From contig NW_019218148.1 in the NCBI RefSeq assembly GCF_002571385.2, forward strand, positions 137,433 to 201,432: DNA of 64,000 nucleotides, given 5' to 3'. Numbering within the stretch: the first letter of the stretch is position 1; the number at the start of each line of letters is the position of its first letter. The notes under the pieces were generated by a model. That model saw only the letters and a program-made list of their open reading frames with translations. It was not told the DNA's origin and did not search any database. Below, piece after piece: positions 36,701-46,970 of this stretch. This DNA comes from Stylophora pistillata (Eukaryota). The position numbers were made by a program, and so were the translations under genes.

Positions 36701-38501
36701 GATAGTGGAAACATTCCATGCCTCGTTCGCGGCCAGAGGTCGCCCCAGATAGCTGTAGCAGAGCCGTGAATGGGAGAGCCAAGAGGAGCATCTATCAAAG
36801 ATATTGTTATTGGAAAATTTAACCCTCTTTTATTTGCAGGGTCCTTGTAAAAACAAACGAAATGGCAAGCAGTTAGCGTCACAGCACATCCTCAAAGTGA
36901 GTGTGGAAATAAGTAAGCTTAACTTTGTGTGCATACATTCTGCAGTGCATGTTTGTTTTAAAGATGAAGCATGCACTTTGACGGCTGGATTTTTTGCTAC
37001 GTGTTTCATGCGTCAACAATTGACCTCCTGACGATATTGTAATTCCTCTCCGTGGATTTGTTAAATGCTTTACAAATGTGTTTCTATCAGGCTCAAAAGC
37101 CAACTTATTTTCGAAGACCCTTCTTTTTTTTCGACAACCGTAATATTCGGGGAAAAATAAAGACAAACGTATGACACATTTAGGAATGTTACTGCGCGAA
37201 GTATATTCAAATTAGTAAAATTCTTTGGCTGATGAATGTGAATTTAATTTGCCTGAATTCCGACGTTTCTCGAGTGCTACTTTTTAACACCATTATATAG
37301 AGCTACTTTCACGTTTTTGACATAGACTACACGCATTATATGACCTATTTGATTTCAATTTTATGTCTTTTGTAGAAACTGCATCCTCATCTCGAAAAAT
37401 GGGGAGCACTTATTCGGATCTACTGCGACAGACCCACGGGGTCAATAAAAAAGGTAAGCGTCATATAATTCAGAAATCATAACCTGTTAAGTTTTGATAC
37501 AAACTTATTGTAATGTAATCAGATCGGACCGATGTTATTCACTTCTCCAGTACTTACGATTAAAAAGATAACTAAGTGAGGCACATACAAATTAAGGTGG
37601 TGAGTTTAAAATGAAACTGTAGCACTACGTAGGCGGAGGGTATTGCAAGATAATTTGGTTTTATCATCTGAGTTGATAATGTGAATTGGCCGCCGTAAAG
37701 AGATTCGCTCTGACAAAAGGGCTTTTGGTTGCCAAACAGAAACGTGAGATTTTGAATCTCTTTACAAAAGCCAAGTCACTCTATATATATAAGTACAGTC
37801 AAGTCGTTTTATGGTTTAGGTTCTTAAAAAAGTTGAGCGTAAAAGGTCTTTCTCTGTTGGTGTGACTTGGTTTGCCTTACTACATCATATGAGAGGTAAG
37901 TTTTGTTGCTAGTATGAAATTTCTATGCGAAATTTATTTGTTTGTTGTCTACTGTTTTTTTTTAGTACAAAAAAGATGACAGTGAAACAGCCAACGAGAA
38001 ATCAGGGGGCAACTCTTCTACAAATACTGATTTACTCGAGCGTCTCAAAAGCGAGATGAGAAAAATGTATTCTGAGGTATGTTCGTAGACTGCCATGCAG
38101 CAAACTACACAGCCATCCCAACCTACAACACGGACAACCCATGCCAATTGTGCATCGCTGTCAACTCATATTCAAGCAATCTTGTTACCAGGATCCTATC
38201 TTTTTCTTCCTCGGGAAAGGAAGGGAGAGGACCCTGGGAACGAAGGTCCCCCCCCCCCCTCGACATAATTATAAATGAGGGGTTGTGTTTCTTTCCCTTT
38301 CAAGTAAGTGGCACTTTCTTCACATTTTAACCCAAGCACAGCAAAGATATTTACTTACAACTGGATGTTTTATACCTACGTTTCTTCATTATATATATAT
38401 TTTTTCATTTCTTATTTCCTTTTTTGTTGCAGAATGAAAACGCAAACAGGATGGACGCTATGGATAAACCAGCAGAACCAGTGTTTACTGTGACCATCTA
38501 A
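30791..38501 (+). CDS. DGCR8: Microprocessor subunit DGCR8/Pasha, 583 aa
   Basis: Exons 30791-31166, 31799-31941, 34702-35421, 36079-36179, 36315-36411, 36840-36896, 37376-37453, 37966-38076, 38433-38501 (1752 nt, in frame). WW motif LPEGW...YLHKPSRVCTWSRPY, heme motif IPCL, dsRBD1 (KTPVAILHEYCQR...SKKIARQIAA), dsRBD2 (KNKRNGKQLASQHILKKLHPH) and tail NTDLLERLKSEMRK. Confidence 0.95.
32150..32590 (+). mobile_element. Full-length tRNA-derived SINE in DGCR8 intron 2
   Basis: Pol III box A TAGCTCAATTGG (32160) and box B GGTTCGAGCC (32207). Body shared with 1141-1356. (TTTCAC)n tail. Confidence 0.85.
33758..34440. repeat. Non-autonomous element with internal inverted repeats
   Basis: GAGTACAAATA...TATTTGTACT hairpins near both ends. 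The segment at ~33913-33950 (AAAAAATGGCAGACAATTTAAATCAT) recurs inverted at ~34209-34250. Confidence 0.5.
35541..35754. repeat. Long inverted repeat (103-nt arms, 8-nt loop) followed by an ATC/ATT microsatellite to ~35980
   Basis: 35541-35643 is the near-perfect reverse complement of 35652-35754. Confidence 0.92.
35607..35649 (-). ncRNA. Minimal type I hammerhead ribozyme motif, antisense in DGCR8 intron 3
   Basis: Minus strand GACT-CTGATGA-T-GAC(TTCCGCACAGGTT)GTC-GAAA-CG-TC^AGTC: perfect 4-bp stem I, intact core boxes, ACGT stem III. Confidence 0.62.
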
Positions 38502-38739
38502 AGATGGTAGAATTCGGTCAAAATTAAATTAGATTCAACAGGAAATAGCTATAAATGTTACATTTTAATGTTTTATGAATCTTTTCAATGGGAAATAAAG
38601 AGATTTTGATTTTTCTTGATTTGTTCATGGTGTTTTTGTTTCTTCTACCTCTACCATGAGTGTTTTTCTTCCTTTTAAGTCTTGTGTAACAGTGGTGACG
38701 TATCCGCGAACGCACTCTTCTTCGAGCATTCTCTTCTTT

Positions 38740-38953
38740 TCGGCGCACGAGTCAAAGTGAAACGAAGCCCAGTGAAAAAATGTTAGTGATGCTCGTGCAT
38801 CACGCGGAACTCTGGGATGTGAAAGTGAAACGTTTCGTGCGCCTCACTCCCAGAGTTCCGCGTGACGCACTAGCATAATTTTCCTTTTATATATATATAT
38901 ATATTTGACTTGCGCGACGGATTTCGCCGAAAAGCAAGGACTTCTTATAGTCT
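38740..38953. repeat. MITE-like repeat containing a ~33-bp stem-loop (38789-38876)
   Basis: ATGCTCGTGCATCACGCGGAACTCTGGGATGTGA pairs with TCACTCCCAGAGTTCCGCGTGACGCACTAGCAT. Related copy at ~40050-40213. Confidence 0.7.
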
Positions 38954-39085
38954 AATAGATGTCTGGAGCTTTCCCCTGCTTCATTGACATAGACTAGCAC
39001 CCACTATGCTTGTTATTTCCCGTATCACATCGCGGTTTGAGAAACAACTTGATACTCGCCAAGGCCGTCGTTTCGATTCTTTCAC

Positions 39086-40980
39086 TCAAACTGTACTAGT
39101 TCTATAACCTTGTTCCTTATTTGGTTCTGTGGTGACAGAAAAGCCAACTTGGTCAGGGGTATTAGCAGTTTTTCTGCCAAAGGTGCCTATTACGTGTACC
39201 CTGTCTCTACGACAACAACAGAGCATGCTCTGTATACCCTTCCTAAACCCATCCATGTACCAAGTATACAGAAGCGGGTCTGCGGCTGCGTTCAGTAGAA
39301 TTAACAAAACAGTTATAATGTAAGTTGTGGAACCGTAATAAAATCCTGGCGCGTGGAATATCAGTAAATATAAAACATAGTTCGGGGACCAACATAGAGT
39401 ATGAACAACTGTTACAATGATGAGCATAACTGTCACGCGTTTGCGTGACTTCAGTCTTGCAAGTTGAACTGAGTTCGTGATTGCATCTTCCTTTCGCCAC
39501 AGTTTGTGGATAATTCGTAAATACAACAGTGTCATCATTACGATCGGAATCGCGCAATTGACAGTGAAAACAAAAGCAACATGAGCTTGCGATGGATACC
39601 ATTTTATCCACTTTTCCACGCAGAAATCTTTTTGTGGGTCGTACCCTATGGCGGACATACTTGGGCCTGTTAACACACATGCGAACCCCCACGACAACGC
39701 CATTATCCAAAGGACGCGTTTCTTGTCCAACCGGAAGTTAGTTCTGAAAGGATGCACTATGGCGTAATAGCGCGCAGTTGCTATGGCGATGAGTAAGATC
39801 CCAGCTGCTGCCGCGCTCAACCAGATGAACACACCACCGGTAATGAATTTGCATAAGTAGTTCCCGGATGCACCTGTAAATGAGAGCAGAAGGTGACAAC
39901 GAAATTAGTTTTAAATTAGGGTGGATATATGAAAATCAAATATGTAAACAGCGGATTAAGAAATGACTGAAAGCGATCTTCGTAGTAATAAACATCACCT
40001 AAGCAGTAGTGAAAGATCTGAAAAAAGAAAATAATAGTATTTTTGTAGTTCTCTCCTCTTCGGTCCCTCCTTCGGCGAAGTCAGTGAGTCAAGAAAAAAA
40101 AAAAGAAAACTAGAATTGACATTAGTGCGCCGCGCAGAACTCTGGGAGTGAGGCGCACGAAAAAGAACTTATAAGGACTGAACTTTTAAAAAAAGAGGGA
40201 CTACTCGCAGTCTGTCAACGCTAATATGTACCCCTGTAGGAGGTATGCATGGGTCTCTTTGTTCCATTTGGAAAGACATATATTAAAAAAATTGCCATAC
40301 TCGAGAGGGGATTCGAACCCCGACCCTCAGACTAAGTGTTTGACGCTGTACGTGGAGGGACTGTGTAAAACAGAACATAGTTACCCCGTGGTGGGAGAGT
40401 TTGGGCTCCCAAAGCTCGAGTTTTGCCGCCGACCGCTCTGTGGCAAAATATTAGTGCAGACCTGTTTAGGCTTCTTCTTACGGGGAAAGTATTCTAGTGG
40501 CAGTAGGTTATGTCGGCAGGTTGCTGTTCTGAGGTCCACAACAACTGCGAAAACAACTGAAGCTATATATCCTATGCTTGCTTGGTTTGGTGTTCCATAT
40601 TCGTTGAGGAATGACAGTGGGCCCCAGCCTGTTTCAAAGGAGTTTGTAACATTTCTCCGGGAGAAGGGCGGTGGAAGTAGCTTGCTCTAGATGGCATCTT
40701 CAATTCATCACTATTTACCAATTATGCTTAAAATTGAATTGAAAAGTTTTCATTACTGACCTGTTGGGTGCTTAAAAGCATGATGTAACACATGCCTAGG
40801 TAACATGAATACACCAATCACAACATCTGCTACGGCAAGATTCGCCAGCAAGTAATTCATGGGTTTTCTCATTTGCTTGGATTGATAAACAACCAAGCAA
40901 ACCAACACATTTCCAACGATGTCGATCACAATTAGCAATGAGAACAACGCTGACAGAAGCACCTCGGCTATGGAAACCAT
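39086..40980 (-). CDS. Rhodopsin-class GPCR, neuropeptide-receptor-like, 335 aa, two coding exons
   Basis: Exons 40980-40761 and 39873-39086 join in frame. GNVLV (TM1), NLAVAD (TM2), LCK and ARYYAIVHP (TM3), CWSP (TM6), DPLLY (TM7). Confidence 0.9.
40400..40670 (+). mobile_element. Gypsy-like integrase fragment in the GPCR intron
   Basis: VLRSTTTAKTTEAIYPMLAWFGVPYSLRNDSGPQPVSKEFVTFL resembles the rve core (FG.P..L.SDNGPQF.S.EF). Degraded. Confidence 0.65.
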
Positions 40981-43482
40981 TCTAAAGACAAAATCACATT
41001 CTAGCGTTATAGTCGAATCACGAGACCAAAAGAAACAACGATTCTGAGAACGACTGCAAGATATTGGCACAAAAATATTTAAGTTGTTTTAAAATGTCAT
41101 AAAGAGAACTATTTGAATGCTTTGAAATGAATATTTAGCGAGAAAGAATGACTGAACATAAAAAAAATGTTTCTTTCAGGACAGAAAAGTAAATGTACAT
41201 AAGCGCGGTGCATCTTTGATTAAGTTAGTATTTGTAGTTTCTATTGTTAGTACATTCGTTAAATGTCAATCGAAAGACAACAGCGTTTAACCTGGTCTTT
41301 CCTTTCAATAAGGCACCAAGAAACTTTAACAGAAAAGAATTATGGATCAAATCTAAAAAAAAAAAAACCAATCCAATTCATCTTCATCTCTGTCTGTGTC
41401 TCTGCTCAAACCAAACGTGCGTAATCCTCGGGCAAAATCTTCCAATGAAAAACAAAATTAGGTGAACATGGGAAAAAATATATAGATAAGTAGGTCAGTA
41501 TTTGACAGGTGTCGGCTTCCCAAAATTTTAAGATGTACTCACTCAAAACATGATGTAGAAGGTTATTGGTCATGGAAAACAAAAAGCCATTAGGCACTCG
41601 CTCGCGACGTAAATAGTTAAACCAACTCTGAATGAAGAAATGTACCATTCCGAGCGAATACATTGTGGATTGAGCAAGTAATGTACAATGATATGCCATT
41701 GTTTTAACAGTAACACTCTGAGCCACTCGATAAACTTATCGGAATATTGAGAGAAAGACTAGAAAAAGCAACGTAATATTTTTATTTACCCAGAAGGCAA
41801 GGTGTGACCAGCAGCACAACAAATCGCCAAGATAAATAGAAATTCTCGATTTCCAAAAAAATATAATGGAAAGGGTTTTTGTAAAGTGTTCAATAGAACC
41901 ATTTGAAGTGTGTTATAGGGTAAAACAATTTTTAATGAATAAACGCATCGCTCCCCTAATCTTGGGAAAAATCGATATGATTCTTCATTGAAATTGGTTG
42001 TAAACGATACCTTGAAATGCAAATGCAATAAACGGGACCGAGCAAATTAACAATACAAAGAAATTTTACTCTTGTACTACGAATCAAAATAACTTGTGCA
42101 ATTCTCTTCGTTGCCACAGGCTTTGAGCAACGCTAAGATTTATACATATATTTTACTGTCCCATCGGAAATTCGAAGCTCAGTTTAGCATGGATGTATAT
42201 GGTACCTGTGTTGATTTACCCGGCGCTAACTTGAAAATATGCTTAACTCTTTTTTAAGACGTGTAAAGCACCTAGATAAAACACCTCACCTTCACAAAAA
42301 TCACACTAGAAATGTATTTCCAATGTGCTGTCTCTTGTCTTTCAAAAATGAATTGTTCAGTTTTCTTATTGTGAGAGATTCAGTTGACTTACTGAGGTTT
42401 CCGGCAACGACTGTAATTGCTTTAGTTTAACACGATAGATGGTTGAACAAACAGCAAATTATTTGCAAGGCAGAGGGCCCCCGAATTTCCTAAAATATGA
42501 TTGGCTAATAAAAGGTAATTGTAGAAGATATGTCCGCTGGCTTTGCTAAGTCATCTGAAATTGTCAACGTATGACGTTAATCCAATTACGACGAGAGAAG
42601 ATAAGCTGAAATCGAACTCAAACTGGACTTTTTTTTCATCATTTGTTAGCAATTCAAAATGTTTTAACATACAGAAATGTTAGACCAGTTAGCGATAAAG
42701 TGAGGTGTTTGTCTCCTCGTATAAGCTCTTATTAGAGTTACACGTCTAAACTTTTCATACAATGCTTTCCGGAAATATTTAACTCAACCACCTATTCAAA
42801 ACCTTTCGTGAGGATTTTCAATATACGCTGCATGCTGAAATTCTCACTAGCCCAAGATCTTCCCACAACCTCTTTCCTTTTTTTTTTTTCTTTTTTTGCC
42901 AGTGTACGTGAAGAACTATCAAATATCTAGAATATGCAATTTATGTAATCTTGCATACATAAAACAAACAGTCACTAATTGGTTAGGAATTGTCACCTGT
43001 AATTTTGCTTCGTCCCAAGAGTGCGAGACATGGAGTGCAGTGCTTGATGGTTAGGTAACAGAATACGTGCAATGCACGATGCAGAGCCAGAATACCCTCC
43101 GAACCGCGTGATGGTAATTCGTCTTACAACAGTACCCATTTCCAGTACTCAAAGCAATCATGGATATGCAGTGACCAATCAGATTAATTCCTGATTAGAC
43201 GATAATGACCTCGTTTTGGTGGTGAGAAGCGAGACCCTGGTGACGACGTTTGATCAGATACATTTACGAGAGGACTGTTCCTTCTTTCGAGGCAGTTCAT
43301 GGCACGGTCTTCGGTACGTAAACTGGAGGTTTTTTTTTTCAAAAACCAGGGTTAAACTCATCCAAACATTATTTTTTTCCTATATCTTCTCGCTGGTTTT
43401 CTACCACATAAATACAAAAAGGTATGTAATTTTTTAGTATCTTTTTTTCTGGAAGGTCTTTTTTCAATCTCAGATTTTTTTG

Positions 43483-43922
43483 TTTTTACATCAAAGCAAA
43501 TTATGGTGGTAGCTAAGCATCATAAAACCTCATAATAAAATCAATCCCAAGGACATCTAGAATTTTTAATTCATTAAGTAAGGAAATATTCAAAATGAGA
43601 CACCGCTTCTGTGTTTCGGTTTATGTCTTTGCTAGTGTTTTTATAGCCAACACAAAAGTTTTCTGATGTCACGGGCTGAAGCAATTTATCCGTAAGAAAG
43701 GTCTTTTAAAAAAGACTTATTTTCTGTTTTTATATCAAAGCAGATCATGGTAGCCAAGCATGATAAGACCTCATAATAAAATCAATCGCAAGGACATCTA
43801 GAATTTTTAATTCGTTAAGTAAGGAAACATTGAAAATGAGGCATAGCTTGTATTTGTCGGTTTTGGTTCTAACCAACACTAAAGTTTCCTTATGTGATGG
43901 GCTGAAAAAATCTATCCGTAAG
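43483..43922. repeat. Diverged tandem duplication, ~240-bp unit
   Basis: CCTCATAATAAAATCAATC.CAAGGACATCTAGAATTTTTAATTC.TTAAGTAAGGAAA and flanks occur twice (units begin ~43483 and ~43726). Confidence 0.8.
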
Positions 43923-45005
43923 ATAAGTTTATTAAAATGACGTATTCATTTTTTTTCCATTGTTAAGGTAGTAACATGCTTCGTACGTGTTCATGGCGTT
44001 GAATTAACTCGTGGTATATGCTATTATTATTTTTTTTTTTAAATAGAGAAGTCATGGCCAATAGGAAACAATTGCAATTAAAAAAAAAGCTTTGAAAGTA
44101 AATCACATTAAAGTAGAGCCAATCTCCAAACATTATACTTCTAGGGTTAACAACCCTGCCAATAAAACAAATTTTAATTTTCCTCAAAACGGAGAAGTCT
44201 CTGCATTTTTGTTAAGTTTGTAAAATTAATTTACGTGAGTGGCATCTTATATTACCTTTTGTTTCTTTTTTGAGTAAATTGACGAAACCTAATTAGATTA
44301 TTAAAATCTATTGGAGCGTGAATCCTACTGGCTCACGGACGTTTTGCTGTTCAAACAGTCGTTACCTTCGTTGCTGTGTCATAGCAGGTGATGATATGAT
44401 TGGACTGAAACCAAAATAAACACCTCGGTCTTATCTTTTTCGAGAAATTATCAAGTTTGCACTTGTCCGGTTTGGGGTTGGAAGAATTCAATGAAATTGA
44501 TTATTCAGATATGTTTTTGGAAAAGTTGTTATTTTGTTCTCTTCATCACCCACTTTAATTAGCTTACATGTAACAGCTGGAAGATTATGTTACGTGAAAA
44601 AGTACGCTAAAGACTATGCCATGGGCATGCGCAATTATAATTATTATTTTGGATCAGCTGCAGTGTAAGTATTTAAGCAACTACGCACCTACCCATCCCT
44701 TAACCCTGAGTGAACTGATAACAAGTTAGGGTTAATTTTGGGTTATGGGAGGAGTGGGTATGCAGTTGCTCATTGACATTGACCGGTAATTTTCTACCTA
44801 AGCTAGGTTTACCTGTTATCTTTAAACAGTTAGACAGAAATGCAAATATAATCATTTGCCGTGTAAACGAGCGCACGTCAAAAAATTGCCCACAGAAAGG
44901 CCCTCTGACCACGTAACAATGTGGGTTAAGTAATATCATAATAAATAATATATTCTCATTAAAAAATCCTTACAATACTCTTTGTTTACCTTTTCAGAAA
45001 CCATT

Positions 45006-46091
45006 ATGAATATCTCGGGGGACACTACTACAGATATTAACAGCAACATCCTTCGCCTGGCGGAATCATTACGATCTCGAAGTACATTTCAAGTTGTTCT
45101 GGAATCCTTGATCTACACTTCTATAATTGTTTCTGGCTTTGTTGGGAATCTTCTGGTCCTTTATATTGTCTACAAATCCGCGAGGCTCAGAAATGTACCA
45201 GGACTGTTTATTGCTTCACTCGCCCTTTCAGATATCGCTATTATTGCTCTTGCGACTCCGCCATCTTTGCCATCACTTATCAAAGGGTATTGGGTCTCCT
45301 CCTTCGCAGCATGTCAATTCCAAGGTTTTGTTGTCATAGCAACAGTAGCTGCCTCTCTGCAGACCATGGCTCTTATGTCCATCGATCGATACTTCCGCGT
45401 CGTTCATCCAACAAAACATCGATTCTTGTTTACCTTGCCACGCGCACGGCTCATGGCCGCGTCAGTCTGGATCTTGGCGTTGGCGTACCCAGTCCCTTAT
45501 CTTGCCACTGTCAAAAGGTTTATCTTTCATCCTGGAAAATTTTTCTGTTTTTTTGTAGAAGAGGAGTCCTTGGCAGCTGACACCATTTACGTCTGCATCT
45601 TTTACTCCATTGTCGTTCTCTCATATTGTTACATTAACGTCTACAGACATCTGAGATTGAACGCAAAACGCGTTCAAGGTTGGCGCACGAATGACCTAAA
45701 GACCTCAACCTTGAACGCACAACGCGTCCAAGGACGGCGCAGGCAAGAAATCAAGACCTCAGCCGAAGATGCCAAATTGACACGGACGTTATTTGCCACT
45801 GTTCTCGGATATCTGATTTGCTGGACTCCTGTACTTATAATCGATTTTGTGGAAAAGGGTGTTGGGGAATGGTTCCTTCCACGTTGGGTCTACGTCTTTT
45901 ACAATGATATTGGACTCGCGAGTTCCTCTCTCAACCCCATTATATATGGGGCCTTCAACCGAACATTTCGACAAGAATACAAAACGATTTTCTGCTTTAG
46001 GAAGTCCCTAGTTAATCAAGATCAAAGCAGCACTGAACAAAAACTGACGCAAAGAGAAAAAGTTCCTATAACAGAAATAACAATAAATTAA
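45006..46091 (+). CDS. Rhodopsin-class GPCR, melatonin-receptor-like, copy A
   Basis: ATG at 45006 just after an acceptor-like TTTTCAG. GNLLV, SLALSD, CQFQG, DRY, CWTP, NPIIYG. Confidence 0.9.
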   Translation: MNISGDTTTDINSNILRLAESLRSRSTFQVVLESLIYTSIIVSGFVGNLLVLYIVYKSARLRNVPGLFIASLALSDIAIIALATPPSLPSLIKGYWVSSFAACQFQGFVVIATVAASLQTMALMSIDRYFRVVHPTKHRFLFTLPRARLMAASVWILALAYPVPYLATVKRFIFHPGKFFCFFVEEESLAADTIYVCIFYSIVVLSYCYINVYRHLRLNAKRVQGWRTNDLKTSTLNAQRVQGRRRQEIKTSAEDAKLTRTLFATVLGYLICWTPVLIIDFVEKGVGEWFLPRWVYVFYNDIGLASSSLNPIIYGAFNRTFRQEYKTIFCFRKSLVNQDQSSTEQKLTQREKVPITEITIN

Positions 46092-46970
46092 ACCAAAATG
46101 TAAGGAGGGAGTGTGGATTGAATCATAGCAGCCTTAAAAAAAAAATGACAGAAAGCAGTTGCTGAGAGTAAGTGTATTTCAATATATGTTATTAACGTTA
46201 GCAGCAAAAATTATGCCATAGATCTTAAAATAACGGTATCAAGATTCTTTTGGTTCAGCCAGAATCATCAGTGTTGTCATAATGATAATAAAACAATAAT
46301 CATTATCATCATTTTATTGAAAATAATGATCACGATAACAATGTTAATAAAGTTTGTTTCATAAATGATAAATACTTTGACAGTTTTGAAAAAGTTTGAC
46401 AGATGTAGCCCCACAAGTCTCCAATTTACCAACTTCTGTATGGTCAACGGCGGCGAAAATTTGAGCGAGACACTTTTAGATAGTCTGAAACTGTCACTTA
46501 AACTAGCTAATATTTAAAAAAATAGCAAACCGAAAAATAGTCTTCACTTTTTTTCTGTTAATAAAGTTGTCGAGCCTAACCAAACCGGATGATAAAATTT
46601 CTTAAACTGATATATGCATGGAAGCCTGATAACTGTAATTTTTTTTCCTGAAAAATGTTTGGCATATTCTGCAAAATACCTACGAGAAAGTGATAGCACG
46701 CGCAAGCCTGAACTGCAATGGCATCAAGTACAGTCAAGCTGCAAGTTAGACATGCCCTCGGATCACCCATTGGGCCTGCTTTAATCACGTGACCAATGAA
46801 GTTGACAACTTCCAATTCTCTTGAATTACTCTCAAGTTACCTCGTCACGCGGCGATTGATATATTTCGTGCAGCAAATTTTTCACGACAATTTAGCATAA
46901 AACTAAATTACTTGCAAGTGCTAAAGATTGAATTCAGCAAATATTCTCTTAGATTAATTCTCGTTGGCCT

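Noticed and set aside
39243-39710. 155-aa overlapping ORF
   Set aside because: Alternative frame of the GPCR exon with no independent support.
40286-40345. tRNA-like box B (GGTTCGAATCCC) plus T run on the minus strand
   Set aside because: No convincing 5' half or cloverleaf. Probably a SINE or tRNA fragment.
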